From contig OZ024743.1 of assembly GCA_964016885.1 (NCBI GenBank), forward strand, positions 72,974,001-73,038,000: a stretch of 64,000 bases of DNA, read 5' to 3'. Position 1 is the first letter of the stretch. Each line of letters starts with the position of its first letter. A program made the position numbers and the translations under genes. Below the pieces are notes generated by a model, which did not search any database, was not told the DNA's origin, and worked only from the letters and a program-made list of their open reading frames with translations. Source of the DNA: Eledone cirrhosa. Its lineage: Eukaryota. Shown piece by piece: positions 24,146 to 38,252 of this stretch.

Positions 24146-27100
24146 TTAATTGTCAGTTGTGATGTTGCTGTTCCAATCATATTTTCTATTTAATTTGGGT
24201 TTTAATTCTTTTATGCTTACTGCCTCTGTAATTTGCCTAAACATTGCGTCTTTTCTGTGTGTGGATTCTATTTTTATTTCTATGCTCTCTAATCTACCCC
24301 TGTGTTCTATCTTAGCATGTTGGTAGAGCACAGATGATTCTTTATTATCTTGGAGGTCTCGCCAGTGTTCATTTATTCGTTCCCTTATACTACGAGCTGT
24401 CTCACCTATGTACGCTATATTTTTGTTTCTACGTTGTCCTTCAGTACATCTTATGCTATACACTACATTTCTAGTTTTACAGTTAATATGGGGGCTTATT
24501 TTACAGGTTATATATTTCTTATCTATACATGAGGGTCTTTGGAACGGGTATGTCTTGCTAATAAGTGTTTTTACGGAGGTACCAGGTCTTTCTACTATCT
24601 TAATATTGAGATTATGTTTATTTAGGGCCCTTCTAAATTTGTAGGCTAGTTCACCTCTAGGGGTTGTATTGATGAACATTACACTCTGGTATTTATTGCT
24701 ATCATACCATGAGTTTATTCTATTGGCCTTGTTCCTAGTTCTTTCTATTCTATTCCAAAATTTGCTCCTATACAAGGGGCAGGTCCCATTTATGTCATTA
24801 TTTACCATTTTTTCCCATTTGGTTCTGGCTCCTTTATAGACTCTGATTCTATCTCTCTGATTGTAGCCAGAGAACTGCATACGGTGGATGAAGTGTTGTA
24901 TGTGTCTCTCTAGTTCTTCGGTGTTGCACATGCGGGACACATTTCTCATCACCCATACCAAATCCGCAATCAGTATGTTGATTTTGGTATGGTCCGAAAT
25001 GGCCGAGTTTCGGTGGATCAGATGTTTGGAAGTCATGGGTTTGGCATAATGGGAATGGAGGATTTGTTTTTGGTTGTTAATGGTATCTAACCAGAGCTCT
25101 GTGTCTAGTACAGGTAATCGATGGTTGGGGTGTCTACTTGGGTAGTCTATAGTAACTCTAATGCTCTGGTGGATGGAGTTTGCTATTTGCTGGATGCTTT
25201 CCATTGTGTTTTTCTCTAGTTCCTGACTGTTCTTTAGTGGGGGTGTCTTAACTACGATGTTTATATCATCTACGTAGCGGGAGTACATTATCAGGGTTAA
25301 GCTGTCTTCTAATTATTCATTAAGTTTTTGTTTAAGTCTACTGTCCCACCATACCATGAATAAGTTAGCTATGTCGCCTGCAATGCTAACACCAATGGCT
25401 GCTCCTTCCTCTTGGGCATATGTTTTACCATTAAATTTGAACATATGTTCCTTAAGGGTTAATTTTATGCTGGCCCCTACCGCATGTGCAATCATTTTCT
25501 TCAGTTCATCGTGGTTTTCGGGTGTCCGTATGGCTCTGGTCCACCCGTTCCATCTATCTGTGTGGGTTTTCTTGGCCATTGAGGTAATAGTAGGTGGTCT
25601 GCCTCTTGCTGGTCTTGTAGGGCATAGGTTGCTAAGGTCATAAGTGTCTAGGTAACTATTACTATGGGTAAGCTTAAGTAGAAGTCCCAGCTCACTGGTA
25701 TCAATCCCACGGAACTCAACCTTGCTCTCGCTGATCATTTCTACGCATTTCTCCACAGCAAAATCCACGTCAATAGATGGATACAGGGACACAACATCCA
25801 TACTGCCTATTATGCAGTTTGTTAGGTCCCCAGATCGGTTACCCGCGCCGATTCTGCTGAGGAGGTCCTCCGTGCTGTCACACACATCTGGGGACATCTC
25901 AATGATGGGGCGTATGATCAGGGAGAGGAAGTAGGACAATCTGTAGTTACTAGCAATGTTAGCCCCACAGACTGTCCGTGTTGGTGGTCCCGCGACAGGG
26001 TCCCAGCTCCTTTTATGGTCTTTTCGAAGCCCATACAACGCCGGCACGTCATTGTTCCAGGCCTGGAAGTTGTTGGCAGTCCTTTTGTTGGGCTGCATTA
26101 TATTCGTCCACATCACCATATGGGCATTGAGGGCTTTTTCTCTATCCTCATGCTCCTGTGGTGTTACCTCTCTTGTGTTGGTGATGTGGGGTTGCATTGC
26201 CTGGATGTAGTTTGGCAGGCTGTCAACCGACATTCTGCCAGACTTGTCTGTTGGAAAACATGCTATCTCTCCATTATGCGAGCGCTGCATGAGCTTACGC
26301 AAGCCATTTGCAGATTCTTCTCCCAGTTGCTGGGCCTCTATTCTATTATGCTTCTTGCTATACTGTTCTATAATATTTCTAAGTTCGGATTTAGCTATAC
26401 TAAATTGTGCTTCTGTTTGTTCATCGACCTGCGACGGCAACTGCGTGCGTTTGTTAAATGGCAAAGTCGTGGCGTGGACTTGTCGTAGGTCGAATGATTT
26501 ATCGGAGGGGTTATAAAACGGAGAGTTCCAGGCTGCTGCTTTATGTGTACTAGTGCTATTATTATTGTTAGTTGTGTTGTTTCTATTTCTATTTCCACCA
26601 ACAGCCTCATGGTTGTTTCTATGTCTCTCATAATTACTCCTGTCTCTTTCCACTGGCTCAATGTTGTTATCTACCCTATTTTGTGTGTCTGTGTGTTCAT
26701 CTTGGTTATTCTCTTTGTCCTTAGTCTCCCATCTCCTTTTCCTTTTAATCCTATTACTTTCTCTTATATCTCTGATTTCTGTGCTACTGTCATTACTTGT
26801 TTTCTGTGTCTGTGTGTTTCTTAAGATTGTGGTGGTGGTGAGAGGCATTGAATGCGTGTGTGTTGTTGTTGTTGATGTGTGTTGTTGTTGTCTCCGTGTG
26901 TGTGTGTGTTATCGTTGTTGTGTGTGTTGTTATTGTTGTTTGTGTCTGCGTGTCTGTTGTTGTTGTATCTGGGTATGTTGCTATTGTTGTTGTTGTTGAT
27001 GTGTGTGTTGTTGTTATTGTTGTCTCCGTGTGTGTTATCGTTGTTGTGTGTGTTGTTATTGTTGTTTGTGTCTGCGTGTCTGTTGTTGTTGTATCTGGGT

Positions 27101-27598
27101 ATGTTGCTATTGTTGTTGTTGTTATTGTTGTTTGTGTCTGTGTGTCTGTTGTTGTTGGGATGTGTGTTGTATATGTGTGTGCGTATATTGTTGCTTTTGT
27201 TTTTGATGCTCCAGCGTAGTTTTGTAAATGATTTTTCTATTTCTGACAGACAACTAATCATATTTACCTTCTTGAATGTCGCAAATTTGGGTGGCAGACG
27301 TAACACAGACATTTCATTATTATCTATTTCCGTGTTTCCATAAATGTTGGTATTTTCGTTGTTGAACTCTTCTGATAATGGGGTGTCGGCCATGTTGATA
27401 CCGTCAATTTTGTCGGGGTATCTATTGGTATACTCTATAGTATCCCGATTTAGCTTTGCCTGTTTAAGCCACTTTAGTTTTCTGTTAAAGTGCTTATCAC
27501 ATTCTTGAGTAATGTACTGTTCTTCGGGGCGTATAAGGCTTATAAATATTAGTTTTTCTGCTGGTGTGGTGATTTTAGCTATTTCTTGTATTAGGTTA
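24146..27598 (-). pseudogene. PLE polyprotein (N-terminal domain, RT, GIY-YIG endonuclease) with one frameshift (~26850) and one in-frame TAA (25313-25315)
   Basis: VLRLPPKFA..EIEKSFTKLRW; LYGLRKDHK..GPPTRTVCGA; DVVSLYPSI; GAAIG; YVDD; DYPSRHPNHRLPVLD; NVVYSIRC..YIGETARSIRERINEH; EA..LNRKYDW. Confidence 0.9.
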
Positions 27599-27701
27599 CG
27601 GATGTGGCGCATGCGCAAACTGAGCACACAACACACCCACAGAAACAAAATGGCGTAGGATAGAAGAAAGGAAAGGCACAGAAACGAAGAAAGGAATCCC
27701 C

Positions 27702-27746
27702 AGTCACTGAAGAGGTCACAGAGTGTGTGACGAAAGGACTATGACT
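27702..27746 (+). ncRNA. minimal type I hammerhead ribozyme in inverted pLTR
   Basis: Identical motif on the plus strand. Confidence 0.8.
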
Positions 27747-28044
27747 ATATATAAACAACTATCTGGTTGTGGAACCAACCAACCAACCAGAAATTTATAA
27801 GTTTGTAAATTTGTAAATTTATAAATTTATAAATATATAATAAATTGAAGTGAAGCAACTGGTGCGTGTGTTTCTTATTGGCAACATGACCCTCCCAAAG
27901 TATAATATCGGTTTCAACACACGATTTCAGATAAAGAATCTTGCTAAACAAATTCAGAAACGAAATATATATATATATATATATATAGCGGCGATGAATT
28001 AGTTTTGCGAGGTTTTTTATATGAAATCGTGTGTCGAAACAGAT

Positions 28045-29137
<1,093 letters not shown>

Positions 29138-29437
29138 TGAGAGTGAGAAGATGAGAGAATGGGGATCGTGAGAGAGAGAAAGTGTTTGTGGTGTGAAACT
29201 GCTTGGCGCCGCGGACGGGATTCTGCATCTCTCTCTCACTCTCTTTCTCTCATTATATATGTATGTGTTTCTGTGTGTGACTGTAAGTGGGGGGGGGGGG
29301 CGCTCTATGTGTGTCCGTGGAATGCTGTGTCACTTGCACGTTAATTTCAATAGCAGGCAGTTCTTTGATTTAATTAACTGGAGCATTTGTCGGCGGAAAT
29401 GATATAAGTCCAGGATATTATTATATGTAATTATGTA

Positions 29438-29920
29438 TCGGTGGATTGGCAGAATCAGTAGAGGGTCGGACGCTATGCTTTCCAACATAGTTACGTCCCT
29501 TTACGATCGGAGTTCAAATCCAGCCGATGTTGACTTTGCCTTTCATCTTTACGGGGTCGATAAAATAAAGTACCAGTAATGCACTGGGTAATTGCTGGCC
29601 TTGTTCCTAAAGTAGAAAAAATTATATGTAATTATGTATCTGTTTAACATTAATAACGCATATATTAATATATCATACCTCCTGACAAATTATATAAATT
29701 AAGTTAAATGAATAAACAATATTATCTCTGATCGGTGGATTGGCAGTATTCGTAGAGGGTCGGACAGCATGCTTTGACGCATAGAGTTACGGCCCATGCC
29801 ATTCTGAGTTCAAATCCCGTCGAGGTTAACTTTACCTTTTATCCTTACGGGGTTGATAAAATAAAGTACTAGTAATACACTGGGTAATTGCTGGCCTTGT
29901 GCCAAAAGTAGAAACAATTA
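29438..29920 (+). mobile_element. two SINE family A copies (29438-29620, 29732-29920)
   Basis: Both match CGGTGGATTGGCAG...GAGTTCAAATCC...AAAGTAGAAA. Confidence 0.85.
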
Positions 29921-30789
29921 TTATCTCTGATCGAGACGAAACGAGTATATATTTGAATTCATAGAAAAATAAGAAAATTTATCTATAGAACATCCATTGA
30001 CCATTGATCTCTGGTCCCTATCCTCTGTGACATTTTTTTTTCTTTCATTGCTGTCGTTGACAGCATTTGATTGCTTTAGCAGCTGTCCTAGTGATTAGAT
30101 TTCTCATTTTCCTATGAATATAATTTCACGTTTCTTAACATATGACACAGTATAGGCAGAATTTATTATGGTATTTTTCTTTGTTCTTTGCGTTTCGAGT
30201 TGAAATCCCATCGAGTTTACCTTTGCTTACGTTACTCCCCCTAAATTTTAATATCCAATCTCCACTCCCAACCTCCCACTGTTTTCTCTCTGTTAAATAT
30301 ATGTGCATACTAAACACGTAACCAATTTAATTATTAATTGCTATATTAATTTAATCTACTATCCTTTTTTTGCATATATTAATTTATTGTGTGCATATCA
30401 AGAGTGTGTATCAGAATGTTTAGTCTCAGAAGAAAGGTTTTCTTACATTATATTCTCAGTTCAAATCCCATCGGGGCGAGGACAACTTTGCCTTTTATCT
30501 TTCAGAATTAGAGAAAATAATGTACCAGTCAAATACTTGGGTCGATATAATCGCCTTTCCTCTCCCCAAAAATTGTACCTAACTTAGAAACTATTCTTTA
30601 AATTTATAATATCCTACCTTCAGTAAAATACGAATTCACAAATATATTTCTGTAAATCACAACGTTCATGTATTTCTTTATCTATGAGAGAATCGAACAT
30701 TGTTTGCTAGTGTGTCGGAACAGATCCCATTTACATTTTATTGTTCCATAAATCTTTAAAATAACTGAAATTGCTTTTAAGTAAATGGA

Positions 30790-31010
30790 GACTATGTATA
30801 GACTTTATAAAATCTTCTAGAAAGAATTCCAATGTGGCAAGTCACGAAAAGTCTAAGAAAAGAGAGATATATATTTGAAGTAAATTGTTTGAAGCCAATC
30901 CTTCCAATTGTAGAAACTAATCACGCACTACTTTCAGGAATAATGTGATGCAGATTTTATAACGTTATATAACATTTGCCTCACTTTTATAGATTTTAGC
31001 ATGAAGTATT
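30790..31010 (+). pseudogene. FN3-like exon remnant
   Basis: ETNHALLSGIM*CRFYNVI resembles the FN3 L-x-G-L-x-P-x-x-x-Y strand. Confidence 0.3.
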
Positions 31011-33320
31011 CATTTGTAGTCTTATCTTAAGTAGCCTCGTAAGATTCTGAGAGATCATAAAGTTAGTAAATGCTGCTGGTTGATATTAGGGTTGCTGCAA
31101 TGATAACGTCGCGGTTTGGAAGACATTTGCTCAGCAAATCATGACATAAAAACAAGAAAATAGCTTCTCTGACATATCGAACCGAAAAAAGTTTACAAAA
31201 GATGGGAGAAATCATGAGTTGGTAACAACAAAGTAACATTTGAAAATGTTGAATTTTCTCCATCGAGATTATATGTTTCATGTGTAGAAGTTGTGTAAGC
31301 GAAAAATATGATTGATAATTTGATTGAGGCAATAACTTTTTGTTAAACATAAAGACAGCTCTAGTATATGAAGGGAGTTTATATTGTTGAAAGTATAAGT
31401 TAAGAATTGCAACCTTTTCTTTCTAAACGGAGAAGACAAAATAAATACTGGCAGGTTTTAATTTTACTCTTTACGAATTTTTTTTTTATCAAATTATACA
31501 TGAATATATTAATTCAAGCATATTTTACAAAAAAAAGTTATACAATAACGCAAATATTTTGTTATATATGTCAAATATATTTTACAAAAAAGAAGTTATA
31601 CAATGATAGAAATATGAAACTAAAATATAAAAACGAACTTAAGTAATGAAAAGAGGGAAGAATGGTTAAAGAAGAGCAGATCTGGCAGAAAGATCAGGAA
31701 AGTAGAGGAAAGGTCTATAACATTCTATTTCTGCAGAACTTACAAAGAAAACTGAACCTTCGTTCATATTAAGAGCAAATCAATTAGTTTGAAATATCAA
31801 ATATCGCTTAAACACTGCCCACAGTTAATTAGATCAAAACCACCTACACACGTAGGTAGGTAGGTGTAAATGAATATGATACGCTACATCATAAAGAAGA
31901 ATGGGAGAAAAATTCCGAAAAGTCTATAAAATGTGATATAAGACAATTTTTTTAAGTGACATGTTCATTGTGGCTTCCTTGGCATGTCACCAAATGCTGC
32001 TAAATGCAATCCTTTCCGGTGAGGTGCTTCAGCTTGAAGTTAGAGACCATGTCTAATCCTACCATTTTCCAGTTACTAGCAGTTCTCTATGTGTCAGTGA
32101 TTACCTTCCTGCTGCTGTTAAACCACGATTTTGGTGCCATTATGCAGGGTTCGGACTTCTGTATTGCATACTCCCTTCCACTGTGTCTAACTGTCTATAC
32201 TTTCGCACATTGAATATATCCATTTGCTGGCTTATATCTGGGTTAGCACTTTTACGTATTGTGCACAGTACATGGCGTGAGGTAACATGAGGTGGACAAT
32301 AGAGATCTTAACAAATGCTATTAACCCATGGTAATTGACGCCTTCATAAAGAAACATAGGCAGGTAATATGTGCCTAAATAATATGAAATGATATGTGGT
32401 AGGGAGCAGTCTGTATGGATTCCGATAGCACACCTCTTTGTATAATATCATGTCAGCACTGTGCCTCTACTTTGATGATTTCTCAAAGTTAATAGAACAG
32501 ATAGATCAATTGTGACACATTTGGCAACAAGAGACATTTAAGAATGTTCTGCTCCCATGGAACAAACACCAAAGAAGAAATAATGGAAATTCCGGGGTTA
32601 CTGTGTTGGGGCAGTGTTATCGGTCTCTGGTGTAAGCGATACCAAGGTACTCTCCCCATATATATGGATTTCAGTGAGTGTACATTAGGAATAGCCTATC
32701 ACAATGAAGATATCAACGTTCCCTCTCCAAACAGTCCATCGTCATTTTTTCTGTGATGAGGAAGACAAATAGCCCAGAAGGATTTTAAAGGACAGGTGAG
32801 AGAGTGTGATTTGTATAAATACACGGTCAACAGAACCAACAATACTGGAATGCTAAATTGCCTGTGTGATTTAGAGGAAAGAAACCTGCAGAATATGTGA
32901 AGAGATCAAGAAATACGGGCTCCATACGGAGGATACATGGGAAAGAGAAGATGTAGGTACTTATATCTATAAACACAAATAGGTAACGCCTAAGATGAAT
33001 TTCGGTGATTCCCGGAAAATATAAAATATATGGTTAGATCAGGGAATAAGTGTTCCCTACAGAGAGCCCCTGGGAAACAGAATGACATTAAAAAAAGACG
33101 AAGAATTATTTGAAAGAATGAAATACATTTGTCGAGAAGATGTAGATTCTAATATCTATAAACGCAACTAGGTAAGGTTTCAGATTAATTACACTGATTC
33201 CCGAAAAATATGTGATATATGGTTAACAAATAGGGACTATGAGATTCAACTGACATAGGGGTTCTTATCCAGGTTTGGGTAGCTAACCAAAAATGTTTTT
33301 CTGTTTAATATTATATCTTA

Positions 33321-33898
33321 TGGTGGATTGGCAGTATCGCTAGAGCGTCTGGCAACATGCTTTATGGCATAGATTTACAGCCGTTTACGATCTGAATTAA
33401 AATCCTCCCGAGGTTAGTTTTGCATTTCATCCTTACGGGGTCGATAAAATAAAGTACCATTCACGCTCTGGGGTCAATTTAATCAACTTTTCCTTTTCCT
33501 CTAAATTGTTGGCTTTGTGCCTAACTCAGAAACCATTATTTGGCAGTATCGGTAGAGGGTCGAACGCCACGTTTTGAATCATAGAGTTACGTCCCTTTAT
33601 GATTTAAGTTCAAATCCCGCCGAGGTTAACTTTGCCTTTCATCCTTACGGGGTCGATAAAATAAAGTACCAGTATGTACTGGGATGATTGCTGGCCTTGT
33701 GCCAAAAGTACAAACAAATATTAAGCGGAATGGATTGGCAGTATTTTTAGAGCGTCGGACAAGATACTCTATGGCATAGGGTTATGGCCCTTTACGATCT
33801 GAGTTCAAATCCTGCCGACGTTAGCTTTGCATTTCATCCTTACGGGGTCGATAAAATAAAGTACCGTTAATTCACTGGGGTCGATTTAATCGACCCTT
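33321..33898 (+). mobile_element. three head-to-tail SINE family A copies
   Basis: Starts at ~33321, ~33540 and ~33725, each containing CATCCTTACGGGGTCGATAAAATAAAGTACC. Confidence 0.85.
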
Positions 33899-34332
33899 AT
33901 TGCAAATAAATTAATGTTTTGATATTTTACTGAATTATGATATTTCACTCAAAGAATCTCTTCAACATTTTCTACATTTTTCCTTTCTACTATTTGTTGT
34001 TATATATATCAAATCGTGTGTTTCTTTTCTACTTTTGATATATAAATATATATAGGAACGAGTAGGACCCCGACGGCTGAGCTCAAGCCATTTCGACGGC
34101 TAATTCTGGACTAAATGAACATTTTTATCCTGATACATGAATAGCCGAGCTTCTCAGGGGGTAATTCCATATATGGTAAAAGTGATTGTCACAAGGATTG
34201 GTCAAAAGTTTGTTGTTGAGACACATAATTCTATCATGGCATTTTGTGGAAGGAAGGGGTAGCTGAACTTGCCAGTAGAAGAAAGAGGGAGAGGGAGTGG
34301 AGGAAACCCAGTCGTGCGTTGATAGTACCCTA

Positions 34333-34570
34333 ATCATCATCGTTGTTGTTGTTGATGTTGCTGCTGTTGTTATAACCGTAATTGTCATCATCATCAACAT
34401 CATCGTCGTTGACGTCGTCATCGTTGTCATCATTATTATCCTCATCATCGTCATCATCATCATCGACATCATCAGCATGAGCATCAGCATCATCATCGTA
34501 ATCATCACCAGCATCAACATCATCATCAACGTCATTATCAACGTCATCATGATCGTCATCATCATCATCT
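34333..34570. repeat. (CAT)n/(GTT)n microsatellite
   Basis: Read directly; it explains the poly-Met/Ile ORFs. Confidence 0.9.
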
Positions 34571-34739
34571 ATTTTGTGATTTATGCCTTGAATTAGGGAT
34601 GACTGCCAAGTGTCTAAAAGGAGAGATATGTTACATTCTGCATATTTCAGCTTACATTTAAGGAAGCACCAATTTACTATGCGGAAGTCGAATAAATTCT
34701 AGAGTTACACGGCCAATCTTGATACTAAAAATAGAAAAA

Positions 34740-35270
34740 TAACTTCCGAGAAATGCAACAGAATCAGTTAAAAGCTATATTCGTGGAGTGGCGTCATATA
34801 AATTAATGGCGAATTCTTAACAGCAACAAATATTTTTAATAAAAGTTAAAAAAATAAGAAAACCTGACAGCTTTTAAGAAATGGAATGGAACACAAATGA
34901 TCGTCTAAAATATAGAAAAAGTTAATAAACATAAAAGTGTTTGTATTAGATAAAAGAAAATATCATTTATAATCCTATTTGAATCTTTATTTATGAAAAA
35001 CGGTAATTCTTTGTCTGCGTGGTCTGCGTGGTATTGTGAATTTGTAGAAAGTGCAGTTGCAACGATTACCTAGGAGGGAGCCAGATAAGATTGATTTATA
35101 CATGGTAAAATAAGTTTCAGCTATATTACCTTTTTAAGATAGTTCATCTCTGTTTTATCTGAATAATTTTTTCTTTCTGCCAAGATGAAAACATCTTCAT
35201 TGGTTAAAGACATTAATGTGGTTGAATATTTATCAATATATAGTGCAAAACTGAAATTGGAAAAGAGAAC
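34740..35270 (+). pseudogene. FN3-like remnants
   Basis: KAIFVEW..INGEF (~34770-34815), ATIT*EG-PDKIDLYMV (~35058-35107), VKDINVVEYLSIYSAKLK-W (~35200-35260). Confidence 0.35.
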
Positions 35271-36929
35271 CATTTTCTTTTTTCATGAATTCCATTACGA
35301 ATAGGTCGGTAGTGGCATTCAGAAATCGGTTTCTTATCTCTATATTTTCTATATTTCTTGCTATTGTATATTTTTCTTCTTAAATAAATTACAATGTTAA
35401 TGAAGAGAAGGGAGTGAAAATATGACTTATTATCTTCTCAGAGCAGTGGAAATGAGATCAGATTTAAAAACATCTTAAGTTTGGAGAAATAGCTATGTAC
35501 TGTATATTTTATTTATTTACTGCCTTCTTTGATACTTTTCTTTAACGGCAAGGTTATTAATAAATTGACTTTCGTTAGGATCAATATATTCATGACAATC
35601 AACGGGAAACAGCATCAATATTATTTTAAAATAATGAATAAATATCGTGTAATTTCTAACATCATTCAAATAACTGTCAACTATATCTGAAGATTGAATG
35701 TAAAATCCTAGAAATTTTAAGCAATTGTATTATAAATTCAATATTAAAATTATACCGATAGAATTTGTTTTATTTTTATAGTATTTTAGTTTCGAGAAAT
35801 AAGGTATGACCATGGTATTCGTAGATAATTTGAGATTGGTGTGATTTAAATTGTTAAGGTTCAGCGAAAATGGTTTGTAGGTGGATGACTGCATAAAAGA
35901 GGGGTGCAGGGAAGGTATTCCAGAGAGCTGATGTTCTCGTATGTGGGGAATGCGCCTTACGATCAGTGTGGTATTTGTGGGAGTGGACACAGCATATGTA
36001 ATGAGAGCAAGACATGGGGGGGGGGGGGTGATGGAAAGAGAGGGAGATATAGGTCACACGAGACTAGACTTCTCCTATTGCAAAAATCATCATAGTAGCG
36101 ATAGAAAAAGGTAGAGAGGCGACGCGCTAAGATTTTAGGTAGGCTGTTTGTCAACGACTTCATGCCAATTAGACAAGCAATCTTTTTGTTCTTATTGTTG
36201 CGGATAATTTTCCGTGAAGCAAGCAGCAGTAACACACAGATTGGGAAACACCACTCGAGTGTGTGTCTCAACTGAGCTTTGTTTAGTGGAAATAGTCGTC
36301 GGAGGGATATACTATCCTATGGTTCGGAGGCTTGTGAGCAGCACTTGTTGCTATATTTGGAACGTAAGTTCAGTGGGAAAGATTCTCAGTATTAGTGTGA
36401 CCTAGCATTTAAATCGATCGCAAGGGGTTATATTACGTGCGAGTTGTATATGCTGCATTGTATACGGTGTGTTAGTTTTCTGGGTGAGTTCTTTTTGTTT
36501 TTACTACTGAAGGCAATAATATTTCTTTCCTTGACACGTGCTGTTGACGCTTTCGAGGCAGCAATTCACCAGTATGAACGCATTTATCATCTAACCTCGA
36601 ATATACTAGTATCCTTTGGTGTACTCCGTTTTCGTAATGAATAGTAAGGTCTGTATGGAAAGATAGATTCTCCTACTAAAGAATAATAGCTTTCTATAGG
36701 ATAAGATAGCTCTATAATAAAAGTGTATTAAAGAAGACATAAATCTAGCTTAAGAGCGACATCAATTTTACGTGATAAGGTCCTATCTACAGCTCTATGA
36801 AAGTCATTTAAACATGTCGTTGTTGAGGAATAGGGTCTTTTGAGGAATAGGGTCTATGTCATACTGTCTCCTATATATAGATTTTAGGCTTTGCAAAAGT
36901 GGATCATGCATTTGGTATCGATATAAAAT

Positions 36930-37272
36930 AATTGTTTCTACTTTTGGTACAAGGTCAGCAATTACTCAGTATATTACTGGTACTTTATTTTATCGACCCC
37001 CGTAAGGCTGAAAGGCAAAATTAACCTCGGCGGGATTTGAACTTATAATGGAAAGGGCCGTAACTCTATGCGTCAAAACATGGCGTCCGACCCTCTACCG
37101 ATACTGCCAATCCACAAATAATTGTTTCTACTTTTGTATTACTGGTACTTTTATTTTATCGACCCCGTAAGGATGAAAGGTAAAGTTAACCTCGGCGGGA
37201 TTTGAACTCAGACTATAAAGGGACGTAACTATGCTCGAAAGCATGGCATCCGACCCTCTACCGCTAATCCAC
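36930..37272 (-). mobile_element. two tandem SINE family A copies
   Basis: Match the family consensus on the reverse strand. Confidence 0.85.
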
Positions 37273-37893
37273 AAATAATGTCGAATATCTAGTACGATTG
37301 CTGGGTTTGACATAAGCGTGGGATGCTGCTATTTGTGTGTCAGTTCCAGGCCGAAATAAATGTGTACCCACAGCCGTTGTGTGAGTTCAGGAGTAGGGAA
37401 ACATTGTACAAACGAAGCTAATGCCTTTAAAATAACTCTCCATTTCATGGGCTGCAACAGGTCCACCAATTGGATTATAAAGGAAATCAAAAGAACAAGT
37501 ATGTTAGAGAGCTAGCAATATTGACAGTGAGTAAGAGAGATAGACCGTTTAATTGGAAGATCCATCGATCAATAGATAGATAGATATAAAGAAAGATAGG
37601 AGAGATAGTGAGTTAGACTGAGAGATAGTTACATGACAAAAAACAAAGGTGTGGTAAGATACCATGTGGACCATAACGCACCAGTGTACTCGATACTTAG
37701 GGTAGTAGAGAGGGTATAGGAAAAGAGTCAGGACCCCGACGGCTGAGCTCCGACCCTTTCGACAGCTAGATCCAGAATAACCCAGCAAAATACTGCTGGA
37801 TTATATATATATATATATATATATAAATGAGAGGTATAGAGATTGTTTTAGCGAGAAGCTAACAGCAATCTATAACATATATATTACAAGTTC

Positions 37894-37960
37894 CACAAGT
37901 TACTCACATAATAACTTTATATATATATATATATATAAGTTATTATGTGAGTAACTTGTG
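37894..37960. repeat. palindrome centred on (TA)n
   Basis: CACAAGTTACTCACATAATAACTT-(TA)n-AAGTTATTATGTGAGTAACTTGTG. Confidence 0.85.
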
Positions 37961-38097
37961 TTCACTAGCGGCAACGCTGATAGAACCACCAGATACTATT
38001 TGGGGAACCGTCTCTTGTTGGGTTTGCTCCAGTTTTGCAGCAGCTGTAATTCGCAGAGCTTACATATAGAGTTACTGTCACTCTCATCCCCCCCTCC

Positions 38098-38202
<105 letters not shown>

Positions 38203-38252
38203 TAGAGAGAGAGAGAGAGAGAGATACATAGAAATAGATAGATAGATAGATA

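Larger units (their letters stand above)
23620..27907 (-). mobile_element. Penelope-like element (Naiad-like) with 3' pseudo-LTR and inverted 5' copy
   Basis: RT plus GIY-YIG ORF; ~310-nt repeat 23620-23931 has its reverse complement at 27599-27907; both ends lie near (TA)n. Confidence 0.9.

Noticed and set aside
24146-25315. Selenocysteine recoding, as reported for some Naiad PLEs
   Set aside because: No in-frame TGA at Cys positions; the only internal stop is TAA.
32880-33230. CRIC zinc-knuckle-like snippet and ~190-nt spaced direct repeat
   Set aside because: Probably an old LINE remnant or duplication, but too decayed to assign.
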